A program made the position numbers and the translations under genes. A DNA stretch of 64,000 nt, taken from NCBI GenBank assembly GCA_038851075.1, contig JAWCLG010000002.1:49098-113097 (forward strand), read 5' to 3'. This DNA comes from Candidatus Hadarchaeales archaeon. Its GTDB lineage: Archaea; Hadarchaeota; Hadarchaeia; Hadarchaeales; Hadarchaeaceae. The stretch's first letter is position 1; each line of letters starts with the position of its first letter. This document shows positions 36,056 through 44,943 of this stretch, in pieces. The notes under the pieces are model-generated. The model ran no database searches, was not told the DNA's origin, and saw only the letters and a list, made by a program, of their open reading frames with translations.

Positions 36056-39000
36056 GCGGAGGTAACATGTTGGAGTACTTTAGGTCTATGAACGAGCAGA
36101 TAGACGGCATATATGAAATTGCCATAAAGGCGAGAGCTAAGGGGATAGATCCAGAACTTGAACCAGAAATACCGCGCGCCGGGGATCTCGCCTCTAGAGT
36201 TGAGCAACTTGTTGGTCCCAAAGGAGTTGCCGAGGTTATTCGAGACATGGAGAAGATCATGGGCAGAGAAGAGATGGCGCTGAAGATTGCGGAAATGATA
36301 ATAGACGGCAGATTTGGAAGGTTAGATGAGGAAAAGGCGGCAGAGCAGGCGTTGAGGACGGTACTCGCGATTCTTACAGAGGGCGTGGTTATAGCCCCTC
36401 TTGAGGGCATAACTGGAGTTAGGATAAGAAAGAACTATGACAACACCAGATATCTCTCAATCTCTTTTGCAAGCCCAATTAGAGCGGCCGGAGGCACAGC
36501 CGCTGCGCTTTCCGTGCTGGCCGGAGATTTTGTCAGAAGGAAGCTGTTTCTGAGCCACTACAAACCAACCGTGGAAGAGGTGGAGAGGTTCGTTGAGGAG
36601 GTTGAGATATACGGCTTAGTGGCCCATGAGCAGTACAAGCCTCACGCTGACCACATACGTCTTGCAATACAGAACATCCCGGTTGAGATCACAGGGGAAC
36701 CAACCGAGAGAGATGTCACGGTAACTGCGTTCAGGAACATCGAGCGCATCGGGCATAATATGGTAAGGGGAGGTGCGGTACTTGCACTGACCGAGGGAGT
36801 TCTCCAGAAGGCTTCAAAGATAATGAAGTATGTGGAGAAACTTGGCATAGATGGATGGGCATGGCTTTCGAACGTTGTTCCTAAGACCACACCTGAGGAA
36901 TCTGAAACTATTTTCCCGAAGGGAGATAGATATCTGGGAGAGGTAATAGCGGGAAGACCCATACTATCCCATCCAGGAACCGAGGGGCAGATGGGTAGAA
37001 GGGGAGGTTTTAGGCTCAGGTACGGACATTCGAGAAATACGGGAATCGCGGCGATCGGCATTCATCCTGCCACAATGATAATTTGCGATGACTTCATCGC
37101 GGTTGGTACGCAGTTGAAGGTCGAGCGTCCCGGAAAGGGCGGGGCCGTGACCCCAGTGGATTCCATAGAGGGACCGGTGGTAAAGCTTAAAGACGGCTCG
37201 GTTTTGCAGGTTTATTCAGAAGAGGAAGCGCTAAAAGTAAGGGATAGTGTTGCGGAAATACTCTGCCTAGGAGATATTCTTGTTGGATACGGGGAGTTCT
37301 TGGAGAACAATCATCCGTTGATGCCGGCAGGTTATTGTGAGGAATGGTGGAGTCAGGAGGTTAAAAAGGCGCTATCGGGGAAGGAGAGAAGGGACCTAGA
37401 AAAATATATTGAAAAACCGTATCCGAGACCTAGCTCTGATCTTGCCGTCAGAATTTCGGAAGAACTTGGAGTACCGCTTCACCCGGCTTACACTTATCCA
37501 TACCACGACTTGGAGATAGAGGATCTCGTGAGTCTGGCAAGGTGGTTGGTCAAGGGGAGGCCGGAGTTTGACGGAGGGGTGCTGAGAAAACTGAGAATTC
37601 AGATCGAGGAGGTTCCTAAACGAATTCTGGAAGAGCTATGCGTTCCCCACGGTGTTGATGGGAAAGATGTGGTTATTGAAGAGCATGCATATGCCCTGTG
37701 CAGGTCTCTCGGGTTGGTCTTCGGTGACTCACTTGTCATTGAGAGATTTGAGGGGGTCATGCGGTCCAGTTCAACCAAGGACATAATGGAGATAGTACAG
37801 GAACTCGCAGGTTTTCCGATCAGAAAGAAGGCCCCGACAAGAATAGGTGCAAGGATGGGCAGACCGGAGAAGGCCAAGGAGAGGGAGATGAGCCCACCAG
37901 TCCATGCTCTTTTTCCAGTAGGTTTTAAGGGGGGATCCACCCGCAGCATAGCGAGAGCAGCGGAGTCTGATGACCTAGAGGTGGAGCTTGCGAACATGGT
38001 TTGCCCGAGCTGTGGCTGGAGCGGTTTTACGAGAAAATGTCAGAAGTGCGGTTCTAAGGCTGAGCCTGTAAGAGTATGCCAGAAATGCATGGCCCCTGTT
38101 GATGAAGATCGATGCCCAATCTGCAACTCACGCGCGGAGTTCTTCATTAAAAGAAGAATTAAACTAAAAGCAATGCTTGAGTCAGCGCTGAAGAGACTTG
38201 ATGAATATCCGGAGCTCGTTAAAGGAGTGCAGGGCATGACAAGCGACTGGAAAATTCCGGAGCCGCTTGAAAAGGGAATCCTGCGGGCAAAACACGGAGT
38301 TCAGGTATTCAAGGATGGAACAGTTAGATTTGACGAGACAAATGTTCCGCTCACCCATTTCAAGCCAAAGGAGATTGGCGTCTCGGTGGAAAAGCTAAGA
38401 GATCTTGGATACACAGTCGACTTTAACGGAAATCCGCTTGAGGCGGAAGATCAGGTGGTTGAGCTTAAGGTTCAGGATATTGTTATCTCGAGGGCATGTG
38501 CAGAATATCTGTTCAAAGCATCTAGGTTCATTGACGAGCTTCTGGAAAAGGTATATGGTCTTGCCCCTTATTACAATGCTAAAAGACCGGAGGACCTTTT
38601 GGGGCACATAGTCCTCGGTCTGGCTCCCCACACATCGGTTGGAATAGCGGGGCGCATCATAGGTTTCGTCGATGCCAGCGTTGGATATGCGCATCCATTT
38701 TTCCACGCTGCGAAAAGGAGGGACGCGGACGGTGATGAAGATTGTGTAATGTTGCTTCTCGATGCTTTATTGAACTTTAGCAGACGCTTTCTGCCTTCAA
38801 AACGCGGTGGTCTAATGGACGCGCCGCTTATCCTCAGCACTCGGATAAATCCGGCAGAAATAGATAAGCAGGCTCATAACATGGACATAATGAATTTTTA
38901 CCCGCTTGAGTTCTATGAGGCAACTTTGCGCTATGCGAGACCTCAGGAGGTTTTTGCTCAGATGAAAACAGCAGGTAAAAAAATAGGTACAGAGGATGAG

Positions 39001-39477
39001 TACACCGGATTTGGCTACACCCATGAGACTAACGATATTTCGGCAGGTCCGAAGTCAACTAGGTACATAAAGTTGACGACTATGGAGGAAAAGATTTCTG
39101 CCCAGCTGAGCCTGGCAAGGAAAATAAGGGCTGTTGATGAGAGAGATGTCGCAGAGCGGCTTATAAAGCACCACTTCATCCCAGACCTCAAAGGAAATTT
39201 GAGGACGTTTGCGACTCAAAAGTTCAGGTGTACATCATGCAATAATAGCCATCGCAGGATACCGCTCTCAGGAAAATGCACGAGGTGCGGAGGAAAACTC
39301 GTTCTTACTGTAACGAGAGGTGGGGTTGAAAAATACCTGCGTGTTGCCATGGACGTTGCCGATGACTACCATGTGAGTGAATACACAAAACAGAGGCTGA
39401 AGATGACAAAAAAGGACATAGAGTCGATGTTCGAAAGTGATGCCTCCAGACAGCTGAGTCTGGCAGATTTCCTGTAA
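36052..39477 (+). CDS. polC: DNA polymerase D large subunit DP2 (no intein)
   Basis: PIRAAGGTA, GGFRLRYG, RMGRPEK, AAKRRDADGDED, Zn modules, C-terminal QLSLADFL PIP box. Confidence 0.97.
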   Translation: MSGGNMLEYFRSMNEQIDGIYEIAIKARAKGIDPELEPEIPRAGDLASRVEQLVGPKGVAEVIRDMEKIMGREEMALKIAEMIIDGRFGRLDEEKAAEQALRTVLAILTEGVVIAPLEGITGVRIRKNYDNTRYLSISFASPIRAAGGTAAALSVLAGDFVRRKLFLSHYKPTVEEVERFVEEVEIYGLVAHEQYKPHADHIRLAIQNIPVEITGEPTERDVTVTAFRNIERIGHNMVRGGAVLALTEGVLQKASKIMKYVEKLGIDGWAWLSNVVPKTTPEESETIFPKGDRYLGEVIAGRPILSHPGTEGQMGRRGGFRLRYGHSRNTGIAAIGIHPATMIICDDFIAVGTQLKVERPGKGGAVTPVDSIEGPVVKLKDGSVLQVYSEEEALKVRDSVAEILCLGDILVGYGEFLENNHPLMPAGYCEEWWSQEVKKALSGKERRDLEKYIEKPYPRPSSDLAVRISEELGVPLHPAYTYPYHDLEIEDLVSLARWLVKGRPEFDGGVLRKLRIQIEEVPKRILEELCVPHGVDGKDVVIEEHAYALCRSLGLVFGDSLVIERFEGVMRSSSTKDIMEIVQELAGFPIRKKAPTRIGARMGRPEKAKEREMSPPVHALFPVGFKGGSTRSIARAAESDDLEVELANMVCPSCGWSGFTRKCQKCGSKAEPVRVCQKCMAPVDEDRCPICNSRAEFFIKRRIKLKAMLESALKRLDEYPELVKGVQGMTSDWKIPEPLEKGILRAKHGVQVFKDGTVRFDETNVPLTHFKPKEIGVSVEKLRDLGYTVDFNGNPLEAEDQVVELKVQDIVISRACAEYLFKASRFIDELLEKVYGLAPYYNAKRPEDLLGHIVLGLAPHTSVGIAGRIIGFVDASVGYAHPFFHAAKRRDADGDEDCVMLLLDALLNFSRRFLPSKRGGLMDAPLILSTRINPAEIDKQAHNMDIMNFYPLEFYEATLRYARPQEVFAQMKTAGKKIGTEDEYTGFGYTHETNDISAGPKSTRYIKLTTMEEKISAQLSLARKIRAVDERDVAERLIKHHFIPDLKGNLRTFATQKFRCTSCNNSHRRIPLSGKCTRCGGKLVLTVTRGGVEKYLRVAMDVADDYHVSEYTKQRLKMTKKDIESMFESDASRQLSLADFL

Positions 39478-39509
39478 TTTATTATCCATGGGAATAAGTT
39501 TTATTGGGT

Positions 39510-39598
39510 GCCGGGGTAGCGAAGCCAGGTAACGCGCCAGACTCGAGATCTGGTTCTCCTCTCGGAGAGCGGGGGTTCAAATCCCCTCCCCGGCGCCA
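39510..39598 (+). tRNA. tRNA-Ser (anticodon CGA), CCA encoded
   Basis: GCCGGGG acceptor, CCAGA-CT-CGA-GA-TCTGG anticodon arm, long variable arm, G discriminator. Confidence 0.95.
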
Positions 39599-39610
39599 TA
39601 ATTTTCCGGA

Positions 39611-40213
39611 TTAAAGCTTCTTTTCAAAAACTTCTCCGTTCGGCTCCTTTTCAGAAAATATCTGGGCGGTGAACCTGCTTATCTTTATTCCCTTTTCGAA
39701 CCAAGCATCGGGGGGCAGGCCGGCTTTCATGCAGGCCTGTGAGAGAAATTCTTCCGCATCCCATCCAAGCTCAACTGCAACCTGCGGCAGGAGCAAACCA
39801 GCGTAAGCCCCCAGCTCAACGATGAGACCATCCCTTCCTATCACAATGGACTTTGGGTATTCGGATGGGTGTTTCACTTTTATGGGGGACGGATCGGTCA
39901 GAACGCTGACCTCGATTTCTATTTCATCTATCTCATCCTTGGTTACTGGAGGAAACCTCGGATCTCTTGTCGCCGAGCTTATCGCTGCATCAATGATGGC
40001 CTCTATGAGAGGCAGGTGCGGGATGGGATATCCTATACAGCCCCTTAGTTCACCTCCACTTGTGAGGGTAACAAACACTCCTCTGCGCTCCTTCAGTTTG
40101 CCAGAAACTTTCGGCGGGCGCGTTACGGTTCCTCTTTCCAAATACGTTTTTATGGCATTTCTAGCGACTTTTACAAGAGTGGTGCCCTCCTCAAGGGTCA
40201 GCAAAGGCATCAC
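39611..40213 (-). CDS. AMMECR1-domain protein
   Basis: GVFVTL...LRGCIG, DPRF, EVSVL, GLLLPQV, KAGL. Confidence 0.93.
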   Translation of the reverse strand: MMPLLTLEEGTTLVKVARNAIKTYLERGTVTRPPKVSGKLKERRGVFVTLTSGGELRGCIGYPIPHLPLIEAIIDAAISSATRDPRFPPVTKDEIDEIEIEVSVLTDPSPIKVKHPSEYPKSIVIGRDGLIVELGAYAGLLLPQVAVELGWDAEEFLSQACMKAGLPPDAWFEKGIKISRFTAQIFSEKEPNGEVFEKKL

Positions 40214-40701
40214 TTCATTATCTGATTATATCTCTGCACGGTTTTAAGCATGCTTTTCCAGTGTTTTCCTTTCCAGTATACTTTTCCGCAGGATGAACAT
40301 TTCCAAAATTCTTCCATGTCGAGTACCTTTTTGGGCACTAGTCCTTTGACCGAACTTGAATCAGCTCTGTCCAGCGCACCGTTACACATGGGACATCTCG
40401 ATTTTTCAGGGTCTATTTTTAACCTCTGTTTGGTTTTTCTGCAGAGTTCAACCATCTGAGACACGACATCTCCGGAACCTATCAGCGTACTTTTCGCTCC
40501 TGACCTCATAGCATTCCTGTGCAGCTTTATGTCGGACGTAAGTAGCCTCCTGTTTTGGAGCAGTGCGATATCGATGAGGGACGGGTCCTGTTTTTCAGGC
40601 GGTATTCCGAGGTCACCAACGTATACAACATCGTATCCAGCGAGCCTCAGCCATCTTGTGAGCTTTCCGAGCATGGCGTCGGAGACAAATTTTTCCATCA
40701 A
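40210..40701 (-). CDS. Mut7-C RNase (PIN-like) domain protein
   Basis: DAMLGKLTRWLR..GYD, RCPMCNG, CSSCGKVYWKGKH. Confidence 0.9.
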   Translation of the reverse strand: MMEKFVSDAMLGKLTRWLRLAGYDVVYVGDLGIPPEKQDPSLIDIALLQNRRLLTSDIKLHRNAMRSGAKSTLIGSGDVVSQMVELCRKTKQRLKIDPEKSRCPMCNGALDRADSSSVKGLVPKKVLDMEEFWKCSSCGKVYWKGKHWKSMLKTVQRYNQIMK

Positions 40702-40779
40702 ATCTGATTTGTTTTATTGGGAAAAATGCATTTGGAAAATGTTTTTTCAGAGAAGATACAGAATTAAACCGGTGAGTGG

Positions 40780-41142
40780 TTGAGACAAAGGCTTCAGGTC
40801 AAATGTCCTCTATGCGGCAAGACCTTTGATCTAGAGGTAGACGTTACGACGTATCTAACAGCCGAGCCCGCAATAACACAGCCAAAGAGCCGCGCGGCCT
40901 TTATTCTCAGGGGACATGAGGCAAAGGTCGACTTCGTGCTCAGAGCCATGAGGGCGCTTGCCAGCAAGGACCCAAGCGGAATGGTTGAGGTTGATGAGAT
41001 AGTGGAAATTGCTGAGAAGGTTGGACTCAACCGCGAAGAGGTAAATGAGGTTATCTCAGCAGAGAAGGAAGCTGGTAGAATGTATGAGCCAAGGCCTGGG
41101 TTAGTGGCGTTTACAGCACCGCTTGAGCGCGCCAAGGATTAA
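40780..41142 (+). CDS. Hypothetical protein: CPxC knuckle plus MCM-C-terminal-like winged helix
   Basis: KCPLCG; VEVDEIVEIAEKVGL....VNEVI..EKEAGRMYEPRPG resembles the MCM tail in this window. Confidence 0.7.
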   Translation: MRQRLQVKCPLCGKTFDLEVDVTTYLTAEPAITQPKSRAAFILRGHEAKVDFVLRAMRALASKDPSGMVEVDEIVEIAEKVGLNREEVNEVISAEKEAGRMYEPRPGLVAFTAPLERAKD

Positions 41143-41261
41143 TCCTCTACAACAATTTCCTCGTTCAGTTTGTTAACAAGTTCACTTATCTCTCGCTCTT
41201 CCATTTTCCTCGTTTTTTTGCTCCCCTTCCTCTCTTTCTCGCGTCGCCTGAAACGGCGCAA
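41139..41261 (-). CDS. Possible small basic/acidic protein (40 aa)
   Basis: TTG..TAA ORF (M)RRFRRREKERKGSKKTRKMEEREISELVNKLNEEIVVED fills the intergenic gap; purine-rich coding strand. Confidence 0.35.
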   Translation of the reverse strand: MRRFRRREKERKGSKKTRKMEEREISELVNKLNEEIVVED

Positions 41262-41348
41262 GGGAACACCAATAGTATATTTATCTTGCCGGAAAAAAGC
41301 TCTTTTTCTTCTTATAAATTACCGGTGCGGAAGGATATGTGGGGAGAT

Positions 41349-42536
41349 ATGCCTAAAAAATACGATATAGTTGTGGCTGGCGGTGGACCATCTGGACTTT
41401 CGGCGGCCATAAAGGCTGCTTCAATGGGTTGCAACGTTCTTGTTCTCGAAATGCAGTCCCAGATAGGTGGGCTGGGGCAGCCTGCATGGGTTGATGATAG
41501 GATTGGCAGTACAGTTCCAAGTTCGGTTCTCGCGAGCGTGAGAAAGGTCGGCTTCAGAACTCCAAGCGTCAGTCTCGATGTTCGCGGAAATTTTGGTGTC
41601 GTGCTGGACAGAAGAGATTTTGACAGGGGACTGGCTATTAAGGCGGCTGATGCCGGCGTGGAAATATGGCTCAGCGCTCCAGTTAGAGATTTTGTAATGG
41701 AAGGTGGCAGGGTCGCGGGAGTTAAAATAGGGGTTGGAGGGTGGTCAGAAGAGGTACGTGCCGATGTTGTAATAGATGCCACTGGAGCGAGAGGAGAATG
41801 GTCCGGTCTTTTTTTGAAAAAAATCTCGGGAAAGGAGTGGGCCAGAGAGGAGCTGGCTTTCAGCAGCGAATATCTGCTGGCAAATTTTGAACAGAAAAAG
41901 GTGAGCCTGCTTTTCAACTCTTATTTGACTCCTAGCGGCCATGCATGGGTTTACCCCTGCGGGTCCGGGGTGTCTTCTGCGGGTGTTCAGGGAATCAGAA
42001 TCAACCCGGAACTTGCTCTGGACGAGCTGATAGGGAGAAACGCGATTGATGGCATAAAAAAATCTGTGACGGTGGCCTCTTTCAGATCGCAGTGCCCCAT
42101 TGTAGGTCCATTGGATTCCGCCTGCAGTGACGGCGTCGTGGCTGTCGGTTCAGCCGCAGGTCATGTTTATCAGTTTTCCATGAGGGGCCTGCGTCACGCG
42201 ATAGGAGCGGGAGAAATTGCGGGCGAGGTTGCCGCGGAGTCAATAAATTCTGGAGATTTTTCAAAAGATAGGCTCTCCGAGTTTGATACTTTGCTTAAGG
42301 ACAGGTTTTCCCATGATTTCTTCCTGGGAAGCGTTTTGAGGGAGGCATTGGGGTCTTTTTCAGATAGGAAGATGAGTTTAATCCTCTCTGAGGTCGAGGG
42401 AGATAGAAGGCTGGGTCGTGCCGTTGTGGATCTATTCCTGTGCAGAAACCTGAAAAAATCTGTTGAGATCATAATGGAAAATAAAGCCCTTTCAGAGATT
42501 TTTGGTAGAAGATTACTGGAGGGGCAGCACAGTTGA
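41349..42536 (+). CDS. Geranylgeranyl reductase-family FAD oxidoreductase (divergent)
   Basis: YDIVVAGGGPSG, LDRRDFD, VIDATG, HAWVYP, VGSAAG; start moved to ATG 41349. Confidence 0.8.
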   Translation: MPKKYDIVVAGGGPSGLSAAIKAASMGCNVLVLEMQSQIGGLGQPAWVDDRIGSTVPSSVLASVRKVGFRTPSVSLDVRGNFGVVLDRRDFDRGLAIKAADAGVEIWLSAPVRDFVMEGGRVAGVKIGVGGWSEEVRADVVIDATGARGEWSGLFLKKISGKEWAREELAFSSEYLLANFEQKKVSLLFNSYLTPSGHAWVYPCGSGVSSAGVQGIRINPELALDELIGRNAIDGIKKSVTVASFRSQCPIVGPLDSACSDGVVAVGSAAGHVYQFSMRGLRHAIGAGEIAGEVAAESINSGDFSKDRLSEFDTLLKDRFSHDFFLGSVLREALGSFSDRKMSLILSEVEGDRRLGRAVVDLFLCRNLKKSVEIIMENKALSEIFGRRLLEGQHS

Positions 42537-42554
42537 GCGGAGCGTGGTTTTTGA

Positions 42555-43430
42555 ATGAGGTGCCCCACATGCGGGAGCGGTTCAGTGCTGCACGATCGAA
42601 CACGGGGAGAGATAATATGCACGAGATGTGGTCTCGTCATTTTGGAGCGCCTGCTGGATCCTGGTCCTGAGTGGAGAGTAAAGGAACATGAAGAGAGGGG
42701 TCGAGCCGAGCTTTCAGGTTCGGATCTAACTCAGCATGATTTGGGCCTTGGAACGACGTTCAGCGTTTCAATTGATGCACCCCCAAGCGTCCGCGCTTCC
42801 CTGCGGAGGATGGAAAAACTGCAGAGCAGATCACGGGTATCAGGTTGGAAGGACAGGAATCTCAGGGATGTGCTTGTTGATCTTGAGAAGCTCTGCGGGA
42901 TACTCGGCCTTCCTAAGGGCATAAGGGCCGAAATAAGCTTGGCCTACAGGAAGATCAATAAAAAAGGAATGACGGTCGGGAGGAACCACGTGGTTGTGCT
43001 CGCGGCCTTGGCTTTCTTGATCTGCAGGTCACGCGGACTGCCACGGACTTTTGAGGAGATAATTGAGGCATTGAATGAGAAGTTTGGCCTATCGCCCGCG
43101 GTCAAGCCCAGAACCGTGAGAAAGCTCGCCTCAACCATTTCAAGAGAACTTGGGCTGAAGCCTAGACCAATTTCTCCGGAAGATTATCTGGAAAGATTTG
43201 CATCTCAGCTTAACATGGAGCCAGGGTCCATATCGGCAGCGAGGGATTTCATGTCAAAAATTCCCGAGAAGTTCAAAAAAACTAGGTCGCCCGTTCTGCT
43301 CGCTGCAATTTCTATTTATATGGCATCCTCTTCGGCCGGCCTCGGCCTTACTCTCAGCAGAATCTCAAATGTCACCGGTGCAGGCGTTTCGACGATCTCG
43401 AAGAACCTATCTCTCCTGAAGGGGCGCTGA
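42555..43430 (+). CDS. tfb: Transcription initiation factor IIB paralog
   Basis: CPTC..CTRCG Zn ribbon, DPGPEWR B-reader, HDLGLGT, two cyclin repeats. Confidence 0.88.
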   Translation: MRCPTCGSGSVLHDRTRGEIICTRCGLVILERLLDPGPEWRVKEHEERGRAELSGSDLTQHDLGLGTTFSVSIDAPPSVRASLRRMEKLQSRSRVSGWKDRNLRDVLVDLEKLCGILGLPKGIRAEISLAYRKINKKGMTVGRNHVVVLAALAFLICRSRGLPRTFEEIIEALNEKFGLSPAVKPRTVRKLASTISRELGLKPRPISPEDYLERFASQLNMEPGSISAARDFMSKIPEKFKKTRSPVLLAAISIYMASSSAGLGLTLSRISNVTGAGVSTISKNLSLLKGR

Positions 43431-43964
43431 TGGTATAACCATCTCTCCTTCCTCGTGGCATCCGACAGTTTTAGTCCTTCCGCGGAGATGAAGATATCCA
43501 GTAATCGCGGCCAAACAGGCGTCAATCTCATGCTCTGTTTTGGCTGGTTTCGGATAGAAACCCATTTTTCTCATCCCTCTGATCCAGTCCTCACGTTTAC
43601 AGCTTCTGAATAGCAGTATGCCGGAGCTTCTTGGATGAACTTCAATAACTTTGATCCCTGCTGAGCCAAGTGAGGATGATATGCTGATTCCTCTCCGGGT
43701 TAGTGAAATCATGCCCGAAAAAGTTGGAGGAAAGACTCGCAGCCCTCTTCTGATCATCTCTCTATCTGAGCTTCTGAGGCATCCCGACTTTGGCATGCTG
43801 AGCGGTGCATCGATTGCCACAATCTCCGGATTTCTTTTGAGGCACAGCCCGATTATTTCATCATCCGTTTTAAGAGTCCCTAATTCAATATTTCTGCCGC
43901 TTATGATTGCAAATCCAGTTTTTCGTATCGGAGACCCGGAGAGATCCAGCCCGATTACTGTCAT
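43407..43964 (-). CDS. DUF429 predicted RNase H-like nuclease
   Basis: IGLDLSG, VAIDAPLS, R..DR, IEVHP, HEIDA. Confidence 0.85.
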   Translation of the reverse strand: MTVIGLDLSGSPIRKTGFAIISGRNIELGTLKTDDEIIGLCLKRNPEIVAIDAPLSMPKSGCLRSSDREMIRRGLRVFPPTFSGMISLTRRGISISSSLGSAGIKVIEVHPRSSGILLFRSCKREDWIRGMRKMGFYPKPAKTEHEIDACLAAITGYLHLRGRTKTVGCHEEGEMVIPSAPLQER

Positions 43965-43988
43965 GGAATATCAAATACATCTTTGAAC

Positions 43989-43996
43989 TTATAAAT
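43989..43996 (+). promoter_or_regulatory. TATA box of tRNA-Trp
   Basis: TTATAAAT ~27-34 nt upstream of the tRNA. Confidence 0.55.
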
Positions 43997-44022
43997 CCGT
44001 AAAGCTGTATCTAATCATCGGT

Positions 44023-44151
44023 GGGGCTGTGGTGTAGCTTGGTATCACGGCAGGCTCCAGTGGATGATGTGGGTCTTCTGACTGATGGATGATGACCCAC
44101 TGGAGCCGAAGAGACCTGCAAACCCGGGTTCAAATCCTGGCAGCCCCACCA
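44023..44151 (+). tRNA. tRNA-Trp (anticodon CCA) with ~53-nt intron at 37/38 (44061-44113)
   Basis: GGGGCTG acceptor, GCAGG-CT-CCA-G..A-CCTGC arm interrupted by intron, GTTCAAATC, 3' ACCA, T-run downstream. Confidence 0.93.
44061..44113 (+). ncRNA. Intron-encoded box C/D-like guide RNA
   Basis: ATGATGT (C), CTGA (D'), ATGATGA (C'), CCGA (D-like); guides complementary to the host anticodon arm. Confidence 0.7.
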
Positions 44152-44277
44152 CTTTTTATCAGAGAATAAGACAGCCGACTAAATTCGGTGTTAATGAATT
44201 TGCATGATTTCTAGCAAAAAGTTTATTATGAATGGCTCTCAAGAGAATCTGTTGCTGAAAGTTTAGGAGGAGATAAG

Positions 44278-44943
44278 ATGGAAGTTAGCGAGTACGAGCC
44301 GATTTTGAGGGTGGACTGGGATATCCCTAGAAAACAGTATCCTCCGAAGGTTGTGACATTGCCAACGGGAGAAAAGATGGTCATAAGGGAGATAGAGAGA
44401 GAGGAGGCCCCGATTCTTTTGGATGCTCTTAGACCCCTGATAACGGTGCCGCGGGATTACTACGATATAGTCGCGGCGAGGATTTACGCTGAGGTGCTCG
44501 GCTGGTGTAGGTATAGAGTTAGAAATGAATACGTTCTGATTGGTGTTGTCAATGGAGATCTCGCCGGAGTTGCAAACAACCGTCTGGTCAACAGCAAAAC
44601 CTGCATGAGCTTACACACAATGGCTTTCAAAAGAGGGGGCAGAGTGGGAGCGCACATGTTTGCGGCGAAACATGAACACGCGATTGAAAATTATGGTGTG
44701 GAGGAAATACTCGTAACGGCGGAAAGCCCCATAGGTTTTCAGAGGTGGATGGTAGAATGGAGCTTAGAGCCGCGTCCAGGAGTTCAGCACGAGCTTGGAG
44801 GTGCGAATACATGGGCGTTGACAAAGGAAAATTATTACAAGATAAAGTCCAAGATGGTGTTTGGTCAGAGACCGGTTCCAGATGAGCTCTACAGACAGTC
44901 TCTCAATCCTAGATTGATTGTGCCCGATGTTGTGAAAGGATGA
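44278..44943 (+). CDS. GNAT-like N-acyltransferase (putative)
   Basis: MVIREIEREE, VLIGVVNGDLAG, RGGRVGA acyl-CoA-binding-like loop; GGAGG ribosome-binding site. Confidence 0.6.
   Translation: MEVSEYEPILRVDWDIPRKQYPPKVVTLPTGEKMVIREIEREEAPILLDALRPLITVPRDYYDIVAARIYAEVLGWCRYRVRNEYVLIGVVNGDLAGVANNRLVNSKTCMSLHTMAFKRGGRVGAHMFAAKHEHAIENYGVEEILVTAESPIGFQRWMVEWSLEPRPGVQHELGGANTWALTKENYYKIKSKMVFGQRPVPDELYRQSLNPRLIVPDVVKG

Noticed and set aside
29932-39477. Inteins in MCM, Cdc6 or DP2
   Set aside because: Protein lengths are normal and conserved motifs are uninterrupted
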